DNA from: Octopus sinensis | Lineage: Eukaryota | DNA: 64,000 nucleotides | Reading direction: 5' to 3' | NCBI RefSeq assembly: GCF_006345805.1 | Contig: NC_043001.1 | Span: 23,622,001-23,686,000 of the forward strand | Shown: positions 12,901 to 24,600 of the stretch, piece after piece | Numbering within the stretch: the stretch's first letter is position 1 | Layout: each line of letters opens with the position of its first letter | The notes under the pieces: model-generated | The model's input: the letters and a program-made list of their open reading frames with translations, nothing else | What the model was told of the DNA's origin: nothing | Databases searched by the model: none | Translations under genes and position numbers: made by a program

Positions 12901-15900
12901 ACTGACATGCAATGTGAACATATTTCACCATTTTCTTAGACAAATCAGCACAGCTCCTGTGAAGGGAAATGAAATGTGAAAAGGCAGGAAATAGCTGTGT
13001 AATTACTCCTATTAGCTTGATTAGCTCGTTTTTTGATAATAGCTGCCTTTCAAATGTTGATGATTTCTTGGTGGTTTTTCATGCATCAGGTCAACTTTGT
13101 ATGAATGTTACAAAATCACAGTTACAGAGTGAGTCTTTGAGATTTTTGGTTTTCCATTCTGCTTGTTTGTTGGAGTTTCTCCATTATCTTCATGGAACAA
13201 ATGAGGAAGGTGAACTATGATGAGTTAACACCTAATTAGCCTTGTTCAATGTGGGTGGTAGTTGTCCTTTTACACTGAGGCCATGATTGGCTGTATTGTT
13301 AATAAGTTGGCCTCAAAATGACAGTTTCATGTTCACTTATGGTGTCTGACACCTTCGCCAGTGTCTTCTGTCATACCTTTCAGGTCTTCATCATCATCTT
13401 TTAATGTCTGTTTTCCATGCTAGCATGGGTTGGACGGTGTGACAGGAGCTGGTAAGGCCAAGGGCCACACCAGGCTCCGTTGTCTGTTTTGGCAGGGTTT
13501 CTACTGCAGGATGCCCTTCCTAATGCCAACCACTTTACAGAGTGTATTCGGTACTTTTTACATGGCACCAACATCAGTTCTTTTTATGCGACACCATTCA
13601 CCAGTGCTTTTTATGTGGCACCAGCACTAGTGTTTTTTACATGACACAAACTCTTTGAAAGTTCAGCAGAGGGCCTGTTCTTGTTTTGTGGTAGACTTAA
13701 TATATCATCTGGTTCAATACCACCACCTGGTTCATGGGTACCTCAGTTGGCATGCATTCTGTTGCAAATATTTGGTCAAGGTCTCTGCCTTGAGGATAAC
13801 TTCTCCCATTTAGACTTGGAAGTCTTGAGGAGGTCAACGATCCTATCTTCCTCCTCTGATTAAGCCATTTAAAAAACAGTTTAAAAATATTGCAAATCTC
13901 TTTCAGTATCCACAGCAACCATTGGTACTATGCTATATGTTGATTTAGAGAAGCAGAACCTAACTTTTCTTGTTATGGTGATGTTGATACAAAGTTAGGG
14001 AGTCCTTCTCAGGGTTCTAGCTTTCAGTATTATTGAGGACCAGAAAGGCAGCAATCATTAACAGAATCATTAGCACACTAGACAAACTGCTTGGCAGCAC
14101 TTCATCCCTCTTTACATTCTGCTCTGAGTTCAAATTCTGCTGAGGTCAATTCAGTTTTACCTTTCATCTTTTCAGGGTCAATACAATAAATACTAATTGA
14201 GCACTGGGATTGATGTAATTCACTTAACCCTGCCCCCAAAATTGCTGGCCTTGTTCCAAAATTTGAAACCACTATTATAGAGGCCAGTTGGTAAATCAGT
14301 TAATTTAGCCCTTTACTTTCTGCTGTATCCTGATCAAAGTATTTTGTCTGGCTATTACTTGGATTATAAGTTTTTATGAATTTCATATTATGGATTGTAG
14401 AAATGATATTGTATGTAGATCACTTGACTTGTTGAAACATAGAAAAACATAAAATATATCTTTAAGTGTCCATGTTAGCAGGTTTGAATTCAGGTTTGTA
14501 AATTACCAAACAATCACTTCAACATGCTAATAGGATAGGATAGGGGGAGAAGAGGAGGTAAAAGAATAAGAGAGAGAAGAAGAGGAAAACAAATGGGTAA
14601 AAAGATTGTATAGAGTGCACATCAGAATTATTAAGATAAAACTTACTCGGAAGAGGATGCGTGGCATTCAATCATATAATAATATAATTTATATATATAT
14701 ATATGAATTAGAGAAAAACCACTATTATGTAATTCAAACAATGATAGACATAAATCAAATCATAAAGAAAAAATAAAACATATTATAAAACATAACTAGA
14801 TCACAAAAAGTACAAAAAATGAATAAACAATATATAATAAGTAAAAAGGCTACGTACGTTTCATATATATAATTTATATATATTATATATTTATATTGTG
14901 AAATTTGATTTAATACTAAATTGAATTTTTCCCTGCAAGTTTGGAGTTATACTCCCTAATATTATATATATATATATAATATTTTTATATAATATATATA
15001 TATATAATATTTGTATATAATATATATTTTTTTAATTAAATGAATAGGTGATGCAGAAAAGTGATCAAAATGGAAAGATAACAAAGAAACACATGAAAGA
15101 GAAGGCTGCTCAAATAAGAAAGGCTGAGCAAAAGAAACGTTTAGCATATCAACCAAAAGAATGTCTGAAGGTTTGTGCTTCTAGTTTTACCTTGATATTT
15201 ATTAACTGTTAGTTTTGTCTTAAGAGCTCAGAGACGAAGTTGTCTATCCAGGTTGAGCAGTTACTTCTCCAGATCGAGAAGACACACCTCCTGCACTATG
15301 GCTATGGGGTTAGAAAGGCGGCGAGATGGCAGAAACGTTAGCATGCCGGGCGAAATGCGTAGCCGTATTTCGTCTGCCCTTATGTTCTGAGTTCAAATTC
15401 TGCCAAGGTCGACTTTGCCTTTCTTCCTTTCGGGGTCGATAAATTAAGTACCAGTTACGCAAGGGTCGATGTAATCGACTTAATCCCTTTGTCTGTCCTT
15501 GTTTGTGCCCTCTATGTTTAGCCCCTTGTGGGTAATAAAGAAATGCAAAGCAGCAAGCTGGCAGAAACGTTAGCACGCTGGGCGAAATGCGTATTTCGTC
15601 TGCCCTTACGTTCTGAGTTCAAATTCCGCTGAGGTCGACTTTGCCTTTAATCCTTTCGGGGTTGATAAATTAAGTACCAGTTACGCACTGGGGTCGATGT
15701 AATCAACTTGATCTGTTTGTCTGTCCTTGTTTGTCCCCTCTATGTTTAGCCCCTTGTGGGTAATAAAGAAATGCAAGGTGGTGAGCTAGCAGAAACGTTA
15801 GCATGCCGGGCAAAATGCGTAACCGTATTTCGTCTGCCACTACGTTCTGAGTTCAAATTCTGCCAAGGTCGACTTTGCCTTTCATCCTTTTGGGGTTGAT

Positions 15901-18545
15901 AAATTAAGTACCAGTTACGCACTGGGGGTCGATGTAATTGACTTGATCCGTTTGTCTGTCCTTGTTTGTCCCCTCTATGTTTAGCCCCTTATTGGTAATA
16001 AAGAAACATATGGGGCTAGAAATGTTGCAGGTAAAAAAATCACAAGATAGCTTCTTGAAGCTGAGCCGATGGGAAGGAGACCAGGAACAGACCATGAACG
16101 GGATGGTCGGATGATATTCATAGTCTCTGTAGGTCACATTTGGGGTGCTATGGATGAGATGCCTGAGAACTCTACCACAATGACTCTGTCAAGAATAGTG
16201 CATAGAGAAGATGGATGGATAAACTATTGGAGCCAGAAAAAGATAAACTGGTATCAAACTAGACTTCCATTTTATAGGATTTAAGCATTGAAGTTGTTTA
16301 TTTTCTTTAAAGGTCTATTTTACTATGTCATCATTATCATTATCATCATTTGATGTCTGTTTTCCATGCTGGCATGGGTTGAACGGCTTGGTAGGAGCTA
16401 GCAAGGCCAGGGGCTGTACCAGTAACAGGCATCCATTTTGGTCTACTAGAGACTGTACTGAAGCTCTGTTGCGATGTTGCACCTCCATCGCTCAGGCCCA
16501 TCAAGTGGCTTTCATTCCTTTGTGTGTTAGATAAACCCTCGCATTTATCACTGACGAAGAGAAGGTTCTTATGAATTAACTATGAAATCGGGTCCGATAT
16601 GGTAATAACAGAATTTTTTAGAAATTTCTGTCGGCTTTCTTTGAGATGCGTGCTTATAGTGATGAATTATATAGTTATGGACAATGTGTCTAGTTTCAGC
16701 ATATTTGGCATTAGAATTTTTTTTTTTTTGCCCTTGTTTATAAGTTGTTTATAAATTTAACCTTTATAGATATTTTTTGATATGTGGCCATTGATGAAAT
16801 TCTTTTCGAAAAATTTTATCCTATATTAGATATATATATATATATATATCATCATCATCATCATTTAGCGTCCGTTTTCCATGCTAGCATGGGTTGGACG
16901 GTTCAACTGGGATCTGTGAAGCCAGAAGGCTTCATCAGGCCCAGTTAGATCTGGCAGTGTTTCTACGGCTGGATGCCCTTCCTAACGCCAACCACTCCGT
17001 GAGTGTAGTGGGTGCTTTTTACGTGCCAATATATATATCCATGTAGGATTGTAGTAAAGTAAGTATTGTTAACAAAAAGTATAGAGAAACATGCTTGAAG
17101 GTTGTCTGGTCGAACTTGATGGATACAAAATAATTGATAGAGATGCAAATAGTCAAACACAGTAGTCAAACTGTTAAGACTTCTTCTTTTCTTATGCTTT
17201 GTTCAACAGTCTATGACAGTTATCATTGATCCTGGTGTGGTTAACCAGTCTGGTGTTGGAACAGCTATTTTCAGTGCCTGTGATGATCTTGAAGTTACTT
17301 ATAAAATTGAATCTCAATTCATGCCTTACGTTGTCTCTTGGAAACGAACTACACTGTGTTATGACACTGAAGATCAAGAGGTAATGTATATATATTTTTG
17401 CTTGTGTCTTGGAATTTGGAAGCAGAAACTTTTATCTTGATACTCTTTTACTTGTTTTAGTCATTTGACTGCGGCCATGCTGGAGCACCACCTTTTAGTT
17501 GAGCAAATTGACCCCAGGACTTATTCCTTGTAAGCCCAGTACTTATTCTATCGGTCCCTTTTGCCGAACTGCTAAGTTACAGGGATGTAAACACACCAGC
17601 ATCGGTTGTCAAGCAATGTTGGGGGACAAACACAGACACACAAACATATACACACACATACATATATATATATATACTTATACCAAATCCACTCACGAGG
17701 CTTTGGTCAGCCTGAGGCTATAGTAGAAAACACTTGCCCAAGGTGCCTCGCAGTGGGACTGAACCCGGAACCATGTGGTTGGTAAGCAAGCTACTTATCA
17801 CACAGCCACTCCTGCGCCTATATATATTCAAACTACATTATCTTAATTAAAAAAAAATGAAATAATTTCCTTTACTGTTCATACATTATGTGACTGTTGA
17901 TTGCTTAGGAAAAAAATCGATGAAAAGTTTGCTTTCCAACTGCATGGTTCCAGGTTCAGTCCCACTGCGTGGCATTTTGGGCAACTGTCTTCTACTATAG
18001 CCTTGAGTTGAGCAAAGCCTTGTGCATGGATTTGGTGGACAGAAACAGAAAGAAGCCCATCATATGTGTATGTGTGTGTGTGTGTGTGTGTTTGTTTTTG
18101 CCCACCCCACATTACCACTTGACAACAGGTGTTGGTGTGTTTATGTCCTTGTAACTTAGCGGTTTGGCAAAAGAGACAGATAAAATAAATACCAGGTTTA
18201 ACAGAAAGTATTAGGGTTGATTGATTTGATTAACGTTCTAGCTGGTACCCCAGTATGGCTACAGTCTAATGACTGGAACAAGTAAAAGATAAAAAAATAA
18301 TGAATAATGATTGATCTTTCATTTATATAGGCACAGGAGGGGCTGTGTGGCAAGTAGCTTGCTTACCAACCACATGGTTCCGGGTTCAGTTCCACTGTGT
18401 GGCACCTTGGGCAAGCGTTTTCTTCTATAGCCTCAGGCCGACCAAAGCCTTGTGGGTGGATTTTGTAGAAGGAAACTGAAGGAATCCTGTCGTATACACA
18501 CACACACACATAATATATGTGTATCTATATCTATCTATCTGTCTG

Positions 18546-18621
<76 letters not shown>

Positions 18622-21600
18622 GTGTGTGTGTGTGTGCATGTGTGTGTTTGTCTCCCCAACATTGTTTGACAACCGATGCTGGTGTGTTTACGTCCCAGTA
18701 ACTTAGCAGTTCGGCAAAAGAAACCGATGGAATAAGTACTGAGCTTACAAAGAATAAGTCCTGGGATTGATTTGCTCGACTAAAGGCGGTGCTCCAGCAT
18801 GGCTGCAGTCAAATGACTGAAACAAGTAAAAGAATAAAAGATTATGTTTAAGAAAATTAAAATTATTGAAGTAAACTGCCAGAGAAGTAATCATGGAAAA
18901 ATAATGAAAATTAATAAATTAATTGGGCAGGTCCAGGCATGGCTGTGTATAGGCACAGACATAACTGTTTGATTAAGAGGTTTATTTCCCTACCATGGGA
19001 CAAATATCTTCTGTAGCCCCAGGTTCATGAAAGCCTTATGGTTGGATTTGGTTGACTGAAAAAAGCATGTCAGGTATATACATATAAAGGGGGTGCTGAG
19101 AATCTCAGGTTGTAAGAAGCCACCAAGAAAATTGGCTAACCTTGCCATATGCACCTACAACTGCAGGTCCTTAGCAAGGGGTGGCTGGCTTGAATCACCT
19201 GATGGGAGGAGAGAGAGATGGACCTGTGCAGTTGTCGTGTGGTACCTGCGTGAATGGAAGAGACCATTTGGAAGACCTCCAATCAAGTGGGAAGATGTTT
19301 GGAACAACATGGAGGAGAATGGTAAGAGCACGAAGGGAATGGAGCAAATACTGTGACCAGCAGAGCCAACTCAGCACCAAACAGCCTGGCTGATCCAGGT
19401 GATATTTCTTCCATTTTGTTATGGGGGAAATTCAATATCAACTCAAATTCATTGATTTTGTTGTCATATAAAACCATTTAAAGCCTTTAGCATTCAGATT
19501 ATTCTGTCAATTGTAATGCTTATTAACTTAAATTGTTTTGAATTAAACATGCATTTTCATGTAGCTTCAAGATTTCGATGATGCAATTGTTTATTTGTAA
19601 GAATGACATTATAGGGTCTGTGTGAGAGGTTGGATCTGGCCAATTTGAACATAAAACAAGTAGAACATTTCAGCCGGATAAGGCCGGTTTAAATGCTAAA
19701 GGGTTAAACCCTGAAATCAGAGGTAGGACCTTCAGATTGTTCCCTAACAATCGGTCAGATTACTTTCATCTCATTGGCTTATTTGAACAGAGCTAAGCAA
19801 CAAAAACTGTTGGTTTTGTATGAAATTGATCTAGATTCTATCTTCTATTCTTATTTTCAGTATTAGAAACAGTATTTAAGTCAGCAAGCTGGCAGAATTG
19901 TTAGCACATCGGGCAAAATGCTTAACAGTACTTTATCCTTTATGTTTTGAGTTCAAATGCTGCCTAGGTTAACTTTGCCTTTCATCCTTTTGGCAGTCAA
20001 TAAAATAAGCACTAGTTGAACACTGAGGTCCATGTAATCAACTTAGCCCCTCCCCTGAAATTGCTGACCTTGTGTCAAAATTTGAAATCAATATTAGAAA
20101 CAGAATTTTTCCCTCATGTGTAATAAATTGATTAAAATATCCTGTGTTCATTCTGTAGGACCTCGTATGGCCCTGCCTGTTTGAGATTCGAGACTGAATC
20201 TGGAAATTCTCCCTAGCCATAAGACCTATTGTCTTTTCAAAAAGGAATGCTGATTAAAGCATTTTCCATTTGACCCTTGACATTGCTATACCATAGAGAG
20301 TTTAGGTAAACGAGTGTGACTTATATTAATTTAGCTATAGTTAAAATGGTATATCCATTTTCCTAACTAGCCTGCGTAATTATAAATACTAGCATTTTGT
20401 AAAGAAAAAGCAGTGGGTGAGAACAACTGACAGAGAGCGGGCCGACTGGCTCGAAATACCGTCTCGACAGAACGTCATAGAAGGACAGCTTTGGAATCCA
20501 CCAGATATACGATTGTCTTCTCCACCACTATCTTACCTTGCTCACTCACTCACTTTCATTTCGACAGTATCACTCTGTCTCTCTCTCTCCACGGCTGCTT
20601 AATTGACAGGAACATGAAAGTCTCATACTATCGACTTTCTAAACTTACATTCACCCTATCTTCCTCTGACCCCTATTTTAGCATCTAGTAATTAGCAAAC
20701 ATGAAAACAGCAGCATTCATACAAGAAACTATAACTCTTGTTGCCTCGTATGCTTTCCATCTGTTTTTATACATGCCTGCCTGTTTTGGTTTGGCTATAC
20801 ATATGTAACGGTAAGGCGGTGAGCTGGCAGAATCGTTAGTACGCTGGGCGAAATGCATAGCCGTATTTCGTTTGCCGTTATGTTCTGAGTTCAAATTTCG
20901 CCGAGGTCGACTTTGCCTTTTATCCTTTCAGGGTCGATAAATTAAGTACCAGTTACGCACTGGTGTCGATGTAATCGACTTAATCCGTTTGTCTGTCCTT
21001 GTTTGTCCCCTCTGTGTTTAGCCCCTTGTGGGTAATAAAGAAATATATACATATGTAACGGTAAATAAAATTTGATTATCTGCAATTTTGGCCACTGTCC
21101 TTCTTTCTTGGAATCAACATCCTTATTTTCGCCTTCCAACTTATGCACTATCTGTTACAATTCTAATCTTCAGGTCAAAACTTGGAATTTGGACGTTGAT
21201 GAAAAAGATATTGTAATAATGATGCCATTAGACATCTTTACTGAAATGTTAGATCACTTTAAAACGGTAAAAAACATTTTCACTTCATTCCCTATTTGTT
21301 TTTTGCATGTAAAATTATGTAAAAATTATCATCGTAAAAAACAATTTTGAGTTGCATCATCAGTTGGAAAAAGTTATTGTTTTAAATCTGCACAATCTGA
21401 AATTGATATAACTTTGTAAACATAATTAGTTTTACTGTGAAGAAAAAATTTCTCAGTTAAAAGCCTAGTATAAAGAGAAAATGTGTAATTGATAGAATAT
21501 GAGAGTTACTGTTATAATTTTGGGATCTTTTCGGTTTGACTGGCAGTTTTTAAAAATAATTTCCACATAACTAAACACTTTTAAACTTCGTATACTGGTA

Positions 21601-24600
21601 GAATGTGTTTATAAAACATCTTTTTCTCTTGGCTTTATTGAGAAAATTCTATAGTTTGTAAGATATTTGTTGTTTTTTTTTCTTCAATTTCAACCAATCA
21701 ATGACATCTATTGAGGTGAAAACATTCTGTGCCATATGAATATGTCCCTCGCTTAAGAAACAGATAAGGTTTATTTACATTTCTGAAGAAAATAAGATAC
21801 CCTTCCCCCCACCCCTAACCCTAAAACAGATTGAAATGCAGTAGATCGATACTAGGGTCATAATTATGGATGACAATTTCATATGACACCGCTAGAAAAA
21901 CTGCTGTTCAAACCGAAAAGATCCTAATTTTGACTCTTATTGTGTTCAGTCCATTAGATGGGATAGAACAAAAGCTGTATGCTAGTTTGTTCATATATTA
22001 ACACTTTATAGAATTTGACATATAGAATCTAATATGTTGAAATATTTAGATTATGTTGTATGGATACATTTCAACTCAAGATTAGCTAGTGTCTGTAAAG
22101 GTATTCATTGTTTGATTGTTGTGATGAACATCATTTAATATGCTTTGTGGAATTATAGGAGAAGATTTACTGACACTTTGTATTGTTAATGTTTTGTTTG
22201 TAACTTAAACTGTGAGTATTGCACTGATGATGCTTAGAAATGAGTTATGATAATGCAACTTGAAGTGAAGGGATATTATAATAATAATAATGATAATAAT
22301 AATAATAATAATAATAATGAAATTATTGTATACAGTGATCAGGGGCACCACAACTTGTCAAAAGTGCATATAAAGCATATGCAGTAATATACAAATGTCT
22401 GGAAAGTGAACAGTGTATGAGTCAGCTCCTCGCCCCGGTCGTGACGATACGGTCGCCCTTCCGCATTGGTCGCGGCACAAATATTAGACTGAAATCGATG
22501 CGTACGGGCCATTGCAGCAGCTGCTGCGCTTCGCGCGTGGGTCAACATCCATTCTCTCTAGGCATAGGAGTGGCTGGGTGGTAAGTGGCTTGCTTACCAA
22601 CCACATGATTCCGAGTTCAGTCCCATTGCGTGGCACCTTGGGCAAGTGTTTTCTACTATAGCCTCGTGCCGACCAAAGCCTTGTGAGTTGATTTGGTAGA
22701 CGGAAACTGAAAGAAGCCTGTCGTTAATATGTCTATATGTGTATGTTTGTGTATATGTTTGCGTGTCTGTGTTTGTCTCCCCAACATCGCTTGACAACCG
22801 ATGCTGGTGTGTTTATGTCCCCGTAACTTAGCAGTTCGGCAAAAGTGGCAATTAGAATAAGTACTAGGCTTACAAAGAATAAGTCCTGGGGTCGATTTGC
22901 TCGACTACCGGCGGTGCTCCAGCATGGCTACATTCAAATGACTGAAACAAGTAAAAGAATAAAAGTGTGTCCTTGTATGGCACTGTGACTAGCAGTACCA
23001 CTACATTCAGTTGTTAGATTTCAGGAAGAAGTCTCAATAGACCAAGGGGAATAAGTATATGTAAATAGTTCAACATTAAGGTTAAAGAAATATAACAAAA
23101 AGATGTGATTATATTGGGGGTTCCTTTTGGAAATTTAACTTAATTTTCTCATCTCCTTTCTTTGGAACATTCTAATATATTCTTGAAATACAGTTCTATA
23201 TTTAAGAGAAGAGGAATTATGTATAGCACTATCCACTCCAATTATGAAGAAATGAGAGGATGAAACCAATAAATGGTCCACATTCTGTCTACCCTGTGTG
23301 AAAGGCCTCTCTGCAAAGATACAAAAGACATGCGGCCCATATGACATCAGGACAGTATTCAGGAGTAATACAACACTTTGTAAATATCACCTTCGATTAA
23401 AACCACCAGTAAAAGAGAATATGACCAAAGACTGTGTGTACGCCATCCCATGCAGCTGTAGTAGGTTATACAAAGGCGAAACATGCCACCCCTTCAAAAT
23501 AGGGGTAGACGAACATCGCAAAGCTGTGACACGAGGAGATATTGATAAATCGGGTATAGCTGATCATGTATGGGAAAATGGAGACCACCTCCCCCTGTGG
23601 GATGAAGTTAAAATAATAGACAGAGAACACTACTGGAAAATATGAAGCAGCACATATACTAGGACATAACACTCTCCCAAGCAGACTGAGTGCAGATATG
23701 AGTAGCATATGGGAACCGATATTAAAAGAGGATAGGAAAATATTAGATTTATAAGCCCTAAAATCCACTCCATAATTGCCCACAGGTATATGGTGTAGTG
23801 GTTAAGAGTGCAAGCTACTAACCCCAAGATTCCGAGTTTGATTCCAGGTAGTGACCTAAATAATAATAATAATAACAACAACAACATCGAAAAATACCTT
23901 AGGAATGAGAACCCAGGTTCAAAATTTTCCCAAGACACCTAATGAAGGTATATTAGCCGAAATGTTGTGTTAGCAACAAACAAGATGAGGACAAATATCC
24001 GTCAAATGTAAATAATGTAAATAATATATTCTTCAAAATATTTTGAAGCTTTTACAGTTAATGTATTTTTTCTTAATTCAAAACAGAATAGTATGGCTAT
24101 GAATAATGTGTCATCATTAGACCAATATGCTGAGAATATCCAGTCTCTCTACCCAGGTTACTCTGTGATGTTAGCTGTCATTGGATCACATATTGGAAGT
24201 CAGTAAGTTGATAAAAACAGTAACTTTAATATCTAATAATTTTTGCTCTACAAAATGTTAATGTGTTTGGTCTACCATGGAACATTGTCTTGTATGATTT
24301 ATTGTTGCTGTTTAACCCAAATTCAGTTCTGACTGAGCAGATCTAAGATCAAAAGCATTTTGCCTTTGGCAATCGCACCTTTTTTTTTTATATATTGCCA
24401 AGCGTGATCGCTGCCAGACCAGCTGACTGGCTTCCATGCCGGTGGCACGTAAAAAGCATCATTCAAATGTGATCGTTACCAGCCTCGCCTTACTGGCATT
24501 TGTGCCAGTGGCACGTGAAAAACATTTGAGCGAGGTCATTGCCAGTGCCACTGGACTGGCTCCTGTGCAGGTGGCACGTAAAAAAACCACTTCAGTGTGG

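Noticed and set aside
12050-14060. Purine-biased stretches suggesting old retroelement ORFs on -
   Set aside because: Too degenerate to assign a family from sequence alone.
20420-20480. Hammerhead-like CTGACAGA-GAGC...GCTC-GAAA
   Set aside because: Stem II is present, but the core has an extra base and no stem I pairing could be formed.
22220-22270. C/D snoRNA-like TGATGA box (also about 61400)
   Set aside because: No properly spaced CTGA D box with a terminal stem.
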